A stretch of 64,000 bases of DNA from Cyanophora paradoxa CCMP329 (lineage: Eukaryota > Plantae > Glaucophyta), in assembly GCA_004431415.1 (NCBI GenBank), contig QPMI01000136.1:137037-201036 (forward strand), given 5' to 3'. Below, in pieces: positions 20,020-30,749 of the stretch; positions within the stretch are counted from its first letter, which is position 1; each line of letters opens with the position of its first letter. Below the pieces are notes generated by a model. That model was given only the letters and a program-made list of their open reading frames with translations, made no database searches and had not been told where the DNA came from. Made by a program: the position numbers and the translations under genes.

Positions 20020-21670
20020 CGCTCCCGCCGCCGGCCGCCGCGGGCGAGGCCGCCGCCGCCGCCGCCGCCGCCGCCGAGGGAGGCCCCGCCGGAGGGCGGA
20101 CGGGGGCCGCTGGTCATCTCCTCCTCCTCCTCCTCCTCGTCCTCGTCGTCCGCCCCGTCCGACGAGGCCGACGAGGCCGAAGGCGGGGCCGCGGACGGCG
20201 GCGCCGACGGCGAGGCAGAGGGCCTGGAGCCGGAGGCGGCGCCGGAGGCGAGCGAGGGCGAGGGCGAGGGCGAGTACGCGCTGCCGGAGGGCGAGTGGAG
20301 CCGCGAGCTGCGGGCGCAGATGAAGCTCTTCGAGGAGTGGAGGACGCGGGCGATCAACCCGGACCGCGCGGGGGCGGCCGTCGAGCGGAGCACGGCCCTG
20401 ACGAACGACGTCGGTGAGCGGGCGCGGCGGCGGCGGCGGAGATGCATATGGGCGGGGCGGGGGACGGAGGAAAGGGGGCTCACGAGGTCGACGCAGGGAC
20501 GGTGGGGCGCTTCCTGGGGTACCTGGCGGCGAGGGAGGAGGTCAGGCCGCTCTCGTTCGACGTCTTCTCGCGGGGGGGCCTCGTCGATCTGTGGATGCGG
20601 TTCCTGACGTTTCTCAAGGAGGAGAGGAAGCTCACCGCGGGGACGCTGAGCGGGTACACCAGCTCGATCATCATGGCCGCCGCCTTTGCGCACTCGAGGA
20701 CGGGCGCCGCGACGGGGAGCGAGGGGCCGCACGCCCGCGCCCTGAAGAACGTCAAGGTCAGAGGCGCTCGCGCGCGCGAGAGAGAGGGAGGAGGAGGGGC
20801 GGACGAGGGTCGGGCCGGGGGGCACGAACCCGACACCCGCCCGCCCGCAGGCGCAGCTGGAAAAGGAAAAGCGGGAGGAGCGCAAGTGGCGGCCGCGGGG
20901 CGAGAACTGGGTCGAGTAAGAGCAGGTCCTGTGCGCGCGGCTCGCCGCCCTCGAGCAGTACGAGGGCGCGAGGACGGACTACGAGCGGGCCCAGGCCCTC
21001 CGCGAGGCCTGCCTCCTCGGCTTCCTCGCCGTCACGCCGGCCCGCGTCGGGATCATCCGCCGCCTGCGCGTGGGGGTGAGCCTGCGGCGCGACGCGGGGG
21101 CCGGGCGTGGTGCATCGTCATCGACTCGATGCGGGCGGACGACGGGACGGGGGAGATGGCTCTCGCGAGCAAGACGGCCCGCTTCCACGGGGCCCTCTCG
21201 ATCCCCGTCGCCGCCGTCCTGCAGGAGCCGCTCACCCTCTCCGTGGAGCGCTTCCGCCGCCTCCTCATTCCCGACGGCGCCCCCGACCAGCAGTGGCTCT
21301 TCATTAGCTCCGCCGGCGGCGTCCTCAGCGAGAGCGGCTACGGCGCCTGGGTCAAGCGGGCGCGTCGCGGGGGCGCGCCGCGGGGGGCGGGGTACGGGGT
21401 ACGCCGAGGCTCACCCGCTGCGGCGGCATGTGATGGAGCGGTGGACGGGCAAGCCGGTCTCTGCTGCGCGTGCGGGAGCGGGCCGCCGCGCACCAGATCG
21501 AGGGGGACACGGCGGCGGCGGTGATCGAGGGGACGGCCCGCCTCCTGCAGCACAGCGTCCAGACGGCGACGACGCACTACGACTACGGCGCCCGCGCCCG
21601 CCAGGCCGCCGCCGCCGTCGCGTTCTTCGAGACGGCCGCCCAGCAGCACGCCGCCCGCCGCGCGGCTGAG
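20020..21670 (+). pseudogene. Intron-containing tyrosine recombinase (Crypton / PLV-type YR), inactivated
   Basis: Introns 20414-20496 and 20757-20850, plus one near 21360-21420. SAM-like FLTFLKEERKLTAGTLSGY. Catalytic order R (TPARVG, 21043), K (SKTARFHG, 21171), LLR (21467), H (LLQHS, 21551), Y (THYDY, 21578). In-frame TAA at 20917-20919 and frameshifts near 21105 and 21460. Confidence 0.85.
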
Positions 21671-21753
21671 GGCGCCGACCGCGAGCGCCTCCCCGCCCCG
21701 CCCCGCCGGCCCCGGCCGCCGCCCCTCCGAATCCGCGCCGGCCTCGGCCGCCT

Positions 21754-21785
<32 letters not shown>

Positions 21786-22079
21786 CGCCGCCGCCGCCCG
21801 GGGCGCCGACGGGCCGGACGAGGGGGTGCCGGTCGGTCGCGCAGCCCGCCGTCGAGCCCGAGCCGGCACCCCGTCCCCTCCTTCCTCCTCCTCGTCCACC
21901 GCGACGCCGCCGCGCCGCGCGGCGCGGAGGACGGCGCCCGTGAGGCCTGCGGAGGAGGATGAGGAGAGCGACGGCGGGAGCGGGCGGGGCCGCTCGGGGG
22001 GCGCGAGCTCGTACTCGGAGGACGGCGAGGAATCCGCGGGGAGCGGGGCCTCGAGCGGCGGCGAAGAGGGGCCGGAGCA

Positions 22080-22770
22080 GAAGCGGAGGCGCTTCCCGTG
22101 GCAGAAGAAGAACCCGTTCACGAGGCCCGGGATGCAGGTCGAGCGCGACCTCGCGATCGCCGAGGGGAGGTACTGCGCGCCGTGCGTCAAGGTGAGGCCC
22201 CGCCCGCCGCCCGCCCCGCCCCCTCTCCCGCGGACCGACCCGGCAGCGCCCGCACGAGCAGATCTTCCGCACCGCGGCGGGGTACCAGCGCCACCGGGCG
22301 ACGTCCAAGGCGCACGGCCAAGGGGCCGGGGCGGGGCGGGGCGCGCCGCGCGGCGCGGGCGGGCGGGGAGGAGGAAGAGGAGGAGGAGGGGAGGGGGAGG
22401 GGAGGAGCAGGTCGGCGGCGAGCCCCCCGCGGCCCGCGGGCCGCTCTGGCACCTGCGCTGGACGTCGGCGTCGCCCTTTCGAGCGGGCCAGGTCGTGGCG
22501 GCGCTCACCTCGCACGCGGCGGACCCCCTGCCGCGCCCCGTCTTTGCCCGCCTCGTCGCGACGGTGCCGCTCCCCTCGGGCGAGACGGAGAACCGCTTCG
22601 TCGTGCTCCGGCGCTTCGGGGCCCTGTACGCGCCGTCGACCGAGGGCGGGCCCGGCGACTGGGGGCGGCCCCGCGCGCTCGTACCGGTGCAGAGCGAGTC
22701 GAGGAACGGCGCCGTCGACGTGCTGACGAAAAGCGAGCGGATCTTCGACCTCCTCGGCCTGGGCTCCTCC
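22080..22770 (+). pseudogene. C-terminal extension of the YR gene: C2H2 (matrin/JAZ-like) zinc finger plus a small beta-rich (SH3/Tudor-like?) domain
   Basis: Splicing intron 22192-22246 gives YCAPCVK|RPHEQIFRTAAGYQRHRATSKAH, followed by FRAGQVVAAL...PVFARLVATV...RFVVLRRF. Confidence 0.55.
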
Positions 22771-23003
22771 TCGTCGGCGCCGCCGCCACCGGCGCCGCCG
22801 CCGGCCCCGCGGGCCCGGCCCCGCGACGAGGAGCGCGAGCGCGGGCCCCCGCGGCGCGGCCGCCCGCCGAAGCGCGGGCCCGCTCCGCGTAGCCCCCTGC
22901 GGCCGCCCTCGCCTCCCACCAGCTGCAGAGATCGAGCGCGCGCGGGCTGGGCGCGGCCAGTCGATCCTGGAGCGCGCGGGCTCGCAGCTCCCGGGCGGCG
23001 ACG

Positions 23004-23363
23004 CAGTCGATCCTGGAGCGCGCGGGCTCGCAGCACGCCGTGTACCTGCTCCAGAGCGAAAAGGCGGGCGTGACCTACACCGGCTCCACCAGCTGCCTGG
23101 CGCGCCGGCTCAAGGAGCACCAAACGGGGGCGATCAAGGGCGCGTACACGGCCGGGAGGGGCCCCTGGCGACTCGTGGCTGCGGCGTGGGGCTTTGCAGA
23201 CGCCGCCGGCGCGCGCTCGTTCGAGATGCGCGTCAAGAAGCGCTCCGGCGGCGCGAAGCGCAAGCTCCACGCCATGCAGGCCATGGCGAAGGAGGGTGCG
23301 AGCGCGGGCCTGGCGTTTGGGCTTGCCGAGGGCGTCGTGGGCGGCTACGGCGAGGACGGGTGA
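23004..23363 (+). CDS. GIY-YIG endonuclease domain (SLX1-like)
   Basis: AVYLLQS...TYTGSTSCLARRLKEHQTG...GAYT...GPWRLV...GF...ARSFE. It has no ATG of its own and is preceded by a 46-bp duplication, so it is probably a terminal domain of the upstream gene. Confidence 0.85.
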   Translation, partial: QSILERAGSQHAVYLLQSEKAGVTYTGSTSCLARRLKEHQTGAIKGAYTAGRGPWRLVAAAWGFADAAGARSFEMRVKKRSGGAKRKLHAMQAMAKEGASAGLAFGLAEGVVGGYGEDG

Positions 23364-24282
23364 GGAACGCAGGACGGGCCGCGATCGCGCGCCCGCGGCT
23401 AGCCTAGAGGATGAAGCGTCGTATGGAGAACCTTGACGAGGCGCGAGATGGCCGCTCCCGCGATGCTGCCTCAGCCTGCCTGCGCTCACCGGGTACAAGG
23501 CTTCAAGCGGGGGGGGGGGAAAGGGGGGGTGGAAATGGGGGGAGGAAAGGGAAGCAGAGCCACGTTGTTGGCACAACGTGGGTCAGTAGTCGAAACCGAG
23601 GCCCAGGGGGCGCTGGCGGGCCGCGGCTCCCGCTTCGGGATCGGATTTTAAGACGTTATGCGAGCCGGTGCCCCCAGCCCGGCGTGGCCGAGCGCAGATC
23701 ATCGGATGCGAATGGCGGGCGATGGGCCGAGCCGCGCGGCGCCGTCCAGCAGGCCGGCCGGCCCGCCTGGAGACCGTGCTTCGATTTGTGCTTGTGCCAG
23801 GCCTAGGCTCCGTCCGGTTAGCTGGTCATGACGCGCCCTCGCGCGGCCGCCTGGCCGGCGCGGCGGCCGCACGCGCAGCAGCACCATCATGGCCAGCCGA
23901 AGGGGGCGCAGCTGTGCAGCGTGCTCCGGGCACCGTACAGGAGAATCGCCGGGGACAGAGCTCACGGCGCCGGGAGCCTCGGCTCCTCCCAGTCGACGGC
24001 GCGGCGGCGGCGCCGTCCTGCAGGCCCAAGCTCGGCGGCGCGGAATCGGGTGCGAGGGGCAAGCCAGAGGCCTCAACCCCCGCCCCTGCCTCTGCGCCGT
24101 CCGACCGCCCGCGCCGCCGCGCATGCGCAGCCGCAGTGACGCGGATCGCGGCGCGCCCAGCGACTCCAAGCGCCCCCGCGACTCCAAGCGCGCGTCCATC
24201 TTCCGGGTGCGGCGGGGGTGGCGCTCCTAGAATCCCCCAGCCCGCCCCTCTCGCAGCGGTCCTCGCGCCGTGCGCGCTCGCT

Positions 24283-24466
24283 CGCTGACCCACGCAGCCC
24301 CGCGCAGCGCGCGGTCTACGGCCCCGTGGCGGATTCCGGGTACGGGCCGTGTACCTCTCTCTGCTCTGGGCGGCGCGACGCCGGGCTCGCTGACCCCCGT
24401 ACCCCCGCAGCACGCGCTACACTGACCGTGGCGCATTCCGGCTACGGACCGTGTACCCCTCCCTGC
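24283..24466. repeat. Two diverged ~105-bp direct repeats
   Basis: cgctgaccc...ccgtggcg(g/c)attccgg(g/c)tacgg(g/a)ccgtgtacc occurs twice. Confidence 0.7.
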
Positions 24467-24867
24467 GCCACGACGTGCTTCGGAGGGTCAGCGGGGGCCG
24501 ACCTTAGAGGGGGTAGTGGCACCGTACCCGGAAACGACCCGATGCAAGGTCAGAGCCGCCCCGCCCCCTGCCCCCTCCCCCCTCGTCCCCCTCTGTCGCC
24601 CCGCCTCTTCTGATTCGGGGAGGGGGGCGGGGGTCCGCAGGAACGGGATGGGGATGCGGCGGTCCCGCGCGCGACGGGGCGCCCCGCCGGGGGCGGCTCG
24701 CCTTAAAGGGAACCCGGCGGCCGCTCTCTAGGGCCGAGGATCGCGGTCCCTCGACCCCCCGTAGACGCGCCCAGGTTCGCCGCCCGCGCCCGCACCCCCT
24801 CGCTCGTCGACCCCGCCCGCCGGCCCCGTCGCTCCGCACCGACGCCCGCGTCTGCGCAGGCGAAAGC

Positions 24868-26220
24868 ATGCCGGGCCGCGCGATCGAGGGCTCCGGCGGC
24901 GGGCGGAGCAGCGGCGGCGGCGGCGCGCTCCCCGGCCGTCAAAAAGGCAAAGCAGGGCGGGCGCGGCGGAGGCGGAGGCGGAGGCGGCGGTCCGACCGAG
25001 GGACCCGCCGAGGATGCCGACGGGGCGCCCGCCCCGCAGCACCAGCAGGAGCAGCAGCAGGAGCAGAAGGAACGGCAGGAGCGCGAGCACGACGGGGGCT
25101 TCGAGGGGCACCGCGGCCGCCGCGCCGCCGGAGCCCCCCGGCAAGCCCAAGCGCCCCGCGGTGCGGTCCCTCTCTCACCGCCCCGGCCAGCTCTCATCCC
25201 GCCCGCGCCGCGCAGCCCGCGGGCGGCCGGCGGCACCCCGCCGCCCTCTCGGGAAGCGCGCCAAACTCTTTGCCGACGGCGCCGGTGCGTCCCGTACCCC
25301 CCTTTCCCTTCCCCTTTTTCCCTCCCAGGGCCGCCCGCGCCGATGGGCATCCCGGGGCGCAGGTCGCGGCGCCGAGGGGGCGCCAGAGGCGCCGCGGAAG
25401 AGGCGCCGGCCGCCGGCTCGGCGGGCGAGCGCTCGGACGGCTCCGGCCACGACGGCGGCAGCGAGGGGGACGGCAGCCAGCGCGAGGTGGGGCCGGACCC
25501 CCCTCCTCCCTCCCTCCCTCGCCCGGTTCGTCCCTCTGACCGGTCTGCGCGCAGGGCCCCGGCTCGCACGACGGCGACGACGACGAAGGCAACGACGAGC
25601 GGGGCGAGGACCGCGCCCGGGGCGGGGCGGGGCCGGGGACCGGCCCTCAGCGCCGAGCTGCGCCCGCGGGCCGAGCGGCTCGAGGCGCGCGCCGCCGAGC
25701 TGGGGCCCGAGGCGGCCCACGTGCGGATGGTGGCGGAGCGGGCGGAGGTGCAGCTCGCCGCCTGCAAGGGCCGCCCGGGGCTCGAGCCCTCGATGCGGGC
25801 GGCGGCGGAGCGGGCGCGGCGGCAGCTCGACGCGGAGGAGAAGAGGGCGGCGCGGGCGCGGGCGGCCAAGGCGGCGGCCGTCGCCGCGCGGCGCCGCGTC
25901 GAGGACGCCGAGGAGGCGCTCGCCGAGGAGCACGGCCCGGAGCCGATCTTCACCCCGCCGGCCGCCGGCGCCTCGAGCGCCATCTACTGGGCCGCCCTCG
26001 CCGCCGCCCTCGCCGTCGGCGGCCCCGCCGCCAACGACCCCGACGCCCAGGACCGCGCCGCCGCCGAGGCCGCCGCCGGAGCCGCCGAAGCCTCGACCGC
26101 CGCCGCCGGCGCCCCGGCTGCGGGGCCGGCCGCGGCCGCCCCCGCCACCCCCGAGCCCCAGGAGATCCCCAAGGCGACCCGCCCGAGGACGCCTGAGCGC
26201 CCGGGGCGGCGCCGTAGATC
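24868..26220 (+). pseudogene. Hypothetical Ala/Glu/Arg-rich coiled-coil protein gene, probably degraded
   Basis: The helical stretch AELRPRAERLEARAAELG...EEKRAARARAAK has host-like codon use. Intron-like gtgcgg/gtgcgt...cag segments at 25161-25328. No domain recognised. Confidence 0.35.
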
Positions 26221-26424
26221 GCCCGAGCCGGCCGAGCCTAGAGCTAGACGTCAGCCGATGCAAATTTCGCGACTGCTTCGATACCTCGCGAAAAGGGGGC
26301 GGCTGCCGCGCGGGCCCCGGGGTCCGTGGGCGAGACACGTTTGCGTGCCCCCCAAGTGAGGGGGGCGGCGCGGCCCGGGGGTAGCCGGGGCCCGAAGGGT
26401 TAACATGTGATCGCGAAAAAATAA

Positions 26425-26523
26425 CCGCCATCGGCGCGGGGCCGGGGCCGCCATCGCGGCAGTAACCGCCATCGGCGCGGGGCCGGGGCCCCCCGCCATC
26501 GGCGCGGGGCCGGGGCCCCCCCG
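26425..26523. repeat. Short tandem repeat ccgccatcggcgcggggccgggg, three copies
   Basis: Directly visible upstream of the F-box fragment. Confidence 0.75.
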
Positions 26524-26570
26524 ACCTCGCTCGGCACCAACCCGCCATTCGCAAACCGGACCGACCCCCG

Positions 26571-27015
26571 ATGGCCTCCGCTTCCTCCGCGTCGACCGCC
26601 GCGGCCGCCGCGGCGGCCGCCGCCAAGGTCGACGCGCCGCGCGTCGCGGCTGCGGCCGACGCCGACGTCGCGCCGCCGCAGCTGCCCCTCGACGTGATGG
26701 GGATGTATCGATGATCGCCAGCGCGCGCCGCTCTGCCGCGCGCGTACCTCGCGCCGCTCTGCCGCGCGACGCACGCCATCGTGAGGGAGGGGATGGACAA
26801 GGAGTGGAGGGACCTCTGCTGCAGCTGAGAGCAGTTGAGTGTCCGGGTTCCGGAAATTAAAGCTGCCCCAATTAATGCAAGGGCACCGCCCGCGACGTCT
26901 TCTTTGCCAACGTGGAGATGCGCTGCAAGACGTGCCTCTATAACAACCTGACCAACCGCGATCGCATACGGCTGCCGCGGTCCTTCATTTTAGAGAAGAT
27001 CGAGGGGCCGCGTCT
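26571..27015 (+). pseudogene. F-box-like gene fragment
   Basis: ATG 26571, then PQLPLDVMGMY*...RAYLAPLCRATHAIVREGMDKEWRDLC, matching the F-box LPxDV...CR...W pattern; internal stops present. Confidence 0.5.
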
Positions 27016-27182
27016 CTAGCTATATAGATCTTGGACCCGCCCACCGGATGGCCCGTCTGCGCCAGGCACGCCCACTGCGATGTGGAAGCGCGCAGTGCGC
27101 TGACTCAGTGATCTCCATCTCCCCCGAGAGCGCCAAGGCGCAGGAGCAGTTCAAGCTCTAGATCTAGATCTACCCAGCAGTA

Positions 27183-29817
27183 GTAGAATGGGGTAGGAAC
27201 TGACATGTACACTTCCCTGGCATCATTCTGACAATATTTATATTGTCAGAATGATGTCAGCCGCTGAGCCGGTCACATGATTCAGAGTCTGGTGCCGGTT
27301 CTCATCGTTCTAGTTCAGGCTCTGATTCTGACTCGTCCGGCGCTCCTTCTTCGGGCGGTGCTGACAACCTCGTCTCTTCGCGTGACATCGATTCTGTCCT
27401 CCGGAATCCTGCGGAGTTTGCCGTTCGTGGGAATGTCCCGTTGGGGACCCCTGGTGATCGACCGCCTCCTGCGCCGTCCCCTCCTGCTCTGGCCCCTGTA
27501 GTGACCCTTGGGCATGTTCCTATTCCTGCTCTCGCTGCCCCTCTCGACGCTCCTTTTCCCCCATTCCCTGCGGTCCCGATCCCTGTGCTCCTTGGCCCGC
27601 TGGCCCCGCCTCTACCTCCTCCCTCCTTACAACTTGCTGTCACGGGGCCTCTTCACTTGCCTGTTCCCCCGGCAGGTCCCTGGTCATCTTGCAGCTCCGT
27701 ACCCCTTCTTACCTCTTCCCCTTGCTCCTCCACTTCCGCCCCCGCGTGGCCCTCTTTCTGACGTCCTCCTGGTTCAGCCCCCTCTTCAGCCTATCCTTCT
27801 TGCCCCCGCTTCTGCAACTGTGACGCCGGGCGGCACTATCTTTTTGCATGCCCCTCCCGCCACTACGTATATACGTCTCCGGTCTCTTTGCGTCTGCATC
27901 CACTTTCCCGGGTCCGCTTGCAGGCCCCCTCGCCTCCAGAGCTCGCCATCACTTCGGCCTCCCTCGCCTCCGCTCTCGATTCTCCATAACCTTCGAATAG
28001 CCGCCTTCTCTCTCCTCCTCCGCCCTCTCTCCCCCCCTCGAGCTCCGGGTCCTCGGCCTCTGCCCCGCGTCCGAGTGTTGGCGAGCTCGAGACTGTCCTC
28101 TTTTCGGTCTCCCCGTCATTCCGGCTCCCTGCTCCCCCTTCGGCCCCTCGGGTCCCATCTGCGGGTCCTATCCCGCTTCCTGGCGCTCGTGAGATTCGCC
28201 GCCGGCACCCTCGTCGGGCCCTTGCGCCCTCGAGCTCGTCTCTCTCTGCGCCGCCCATGACCCCCGTGTCATCTGATCCGGCGCCACCCGACCTTTCTCC
28301 TGCTTCGCTGCCCTCTCTTCGGCGCCGGCAGCGATCCCCGTCACCTGCTCGCGGCCCTTCCCCTGCCGCCGACCCTTCCTCGGCTCCCTCCTCGCCTCTT
28401 CCGTCTCGTAGGCCTCCGCCGCGTTCCCGTCGGCGGATCTCTCGATCGACCCTGGACGTCGACTCTCCGCCTGCCACTGTCTGCGGGGTACCTCCGCCGC
28501 CGTGTTCGGCGCCGGCTGTCATGATCAGTACTTTGCTCGGTAGCTCCCCCGTCGTGGCTCCTCGGGGGCCTCTTCGTCGACGTCGTTCGCTGGGTTCCGG
28601 CTCCGGGTCAGATTTCTCGCCGGGCTTACCTTCTCCTGGCTCTGCTCCTGCTGGGCCCTCAGCTCCGGGACTGGCTTCCCCGATCTCCTCCCGGACTCGT
28701 GGTCTTACCCGTCGCCGGCTTGCCGAGCCTGCGTCTCCTTCTACTTCCCTCCGGCGGTTTGCCGGGCCGGACCCTCCGGCCTTTGTTCTTGATACCGGAC
28801 TGCCGCCTTTGCCTTCATCTTCTGCTTCGCTGGTTGTATCCCGCCGGCGCCGGCGTACTTCGTCTTATAGTTTAGTTCGGTCTGGTTCGGATTCTGATCG
28901 TAGTGTTGATGCTAGAGTTAGCTTCAATACTAGCTATAGTCTTTGTGCTCGACCTGTTGTTCGCCGTCGTTTGCAGTTCAACTCAGTGACTGCCCGCCTC
29001 GACCCCGGCCGGCTTTAAATTTAGTGATTCCTTTGACTGTCCTTTTGCCTGCTCTTGATCTGCCTGCTCCGCCTCCTGTGTCCTCCTCGACCTCGTGCCG
29101 TAGCTCTGCCCTTTCACATCGTTCTGCTTCGCCTCCGCCTCCACGTCGTCTTGTTGTTCCTCTTACTTGTCTGCTTCCTGTTATTTATCCTAGCTTTCTC
29201 AATTTTGTCCTCCGCTTCTTAGTGATGTAATTAATATTCCTTCCGATATTGATGGTATCTCTAGCTCTGGCTCTTCTTCGTGTCAGTCTTCCTCTGTCCC
29301 TAGATCTGGTCGATTTATCGTCTCTTCTCGATCTGTTTCGAGCTCTGTGTCTTTTCTTTTTTATTGTCGATTTTGGCTCTTTGTCTTATCTTTCTTCGTG
29401 TTCTTGTCTTAGTTATTTTGCTTTTTTGTCTTTATGCCTCCTGGGCAGCCCCCGCAGTGCTGGTGTCTAGAGACTGTGGCCGGTAATTCACCGAAAAAAA
29501 AAGCCGGTCTGACAATTTCCTGACATATAGTTACTCTGGCACTACTCGGACTAGAGTACCCGGTGACCAGAGCAGTAGTATTTAGACAGTATCCTCATTC
29601 AGATTGATACTTTAATTTTGTGACATCAACACGACATTACATCTGACAATATCCTGACACGGTTCTGACACTTATAATTAGGATAATGTCCGGATAATGT
29701 CAATTGCGCATGCAGGCAAAGTGTCAGGATAATGATGTCAGGGCTGACAATATTTATAATGTCAGAATGATGTCCGGGTATGTAGCCACGGTAGTGTCAT
29801 TTCCTACCCCATTCTAC
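27183..29817. mobile_element. Non-autonomous TIR DNA transposon with TA target duplication (Tc1/mariner-like), carrying a nested insertion
   Basis: TIR GTAGAATGGGGTAGGAA(c/a)TGACA at 27183 and its reverse complement ending at 29817. TA at 27181-27182 and 29818-29819. Palindromic subterminal ctgacaatatttata(t/a)tgtcag at both ends. Confidence 0.85.
27275..29501 (+). mobile_element. 5'-truncated non-LTR retro-insertion with poly(A) tail
   Basis: TSD AGCCGGTC at 27267-27274 and 29502-29509; A-run 29494-29502. Pyrimidine-rich + strand with low-complexity Ser/Pro ORFs; no RT motifs seen. Confidence 0.8.
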
Positions 29818-29907
29818 TAGTGCAGAGGGCCCGGGAATATAAATCGGCACCATCCCGGAGTCCCGCACCTCGCCACCGACGAACGGGGCCTCACGACCCG
29901 CGCGGCG

Positions 29908-30270
29908 GTGCTGAGGGAGATTCGGCGCCGCAAGGCCCTTCCCGCGGGGCCCGGCCTCGTCTCGCTCTCGGCCGTCGTGGCCAAGTACCGCCTAGGCCTC
30001 CACCCGCGCCGCTTCGCGCGCCACCAGCCGCGCGGGGCCCTCGCCGCCGCCGCCTACAACGCGGACACGCTGGAGGAGCGCCGCTGGCTGGTCGAGGTGG
30101 TGGGGATCGCCGATCCGGAGGGGAGGGTGTCGCGCCTGAAGTATGAGGCGGAGCCTCGCCGCATCCGCAAGCGGCGCCGCGCAGAGCTCGAGCGCGAGGC
30201 CGCTAGCGCTGCCCGGACCGCTGCCGAGGGGCAGACCGCGGCCGAGGCCGCCGGGCCGAGGGCACTATAG
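29908..30270 (+). CDS. Hypothetical 120-aa protein or gene fragment
   Basis: TATA-like aatataaat at 29836, host-like codon use, non-ATG start; no domain recognised. Confidence 0.3.
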   Translation: MLREIRRRKALPAGPGLVSLSAVVAKYRLGLHPRRFARHQPRGALAAAAYNADTLEERRWLVEVVGIADPEGRVSRLKYEAEPRRIRKRRRAELEREAASAARTAAEGQTAAEAAGPRAL

Positions 30271-30600
30271 CTAGTAAAAAGGGGGTCGCCGGAGCCTGTC
30301 TCAACCTGATTGAAATCAGGCGGAGGCAGGCTGAAAGCAGGCTGAGTCGTCAGCCTGACTGTAGCCTGATTAGGAACTCCAGCCAGCACCTAGCCGCGCC
30401 TGATTCTAATATTTTTAATATCCATCAGGCTGAGGCAGGCTGAGTCAACGGACTAGGGGCTATACTAGTATAGTCGACGTCAGGCTGAATTTAATCAGGC
30501 TGAGCGCGCCAGCACACATAGCTTATAGAAGCATCGGAACTCGCACTCTCAATATGATAAGCACTATTACTAGTACTACGTATACGGTACTGTTCTACAT
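30271..30600. mobile_element. Lower-GC insertion with many caggctga/tcagcctg motifs (probable transposon subterminal region)
   Basis: The motif is repeated in both orientations; no clear TIR pair found. Confidence 0.4.
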
Positions 30601-30749
30601 CTCAACATGCAGACGGAATTAAAAAGCGGCCCGGTGCTCCTTGCAGGCCGCGGCGGATCAAGGTGCTCTCATGGTATTGCGGATCCGGGCCCGTGCTCCT
30701 TGCAGGCCGCGGCGCCGGACGCCGCGCTCGGCGTGTGCCACGGTGGATG

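Noticed and set aside
20917-20919. In-frame TAA/TAG codons as stop-codon reassignment
   Set aside because: The same genes also carry frameshifts and insertions, and TAA/TAG end other ORFs normally; decay is the simpler explanation.
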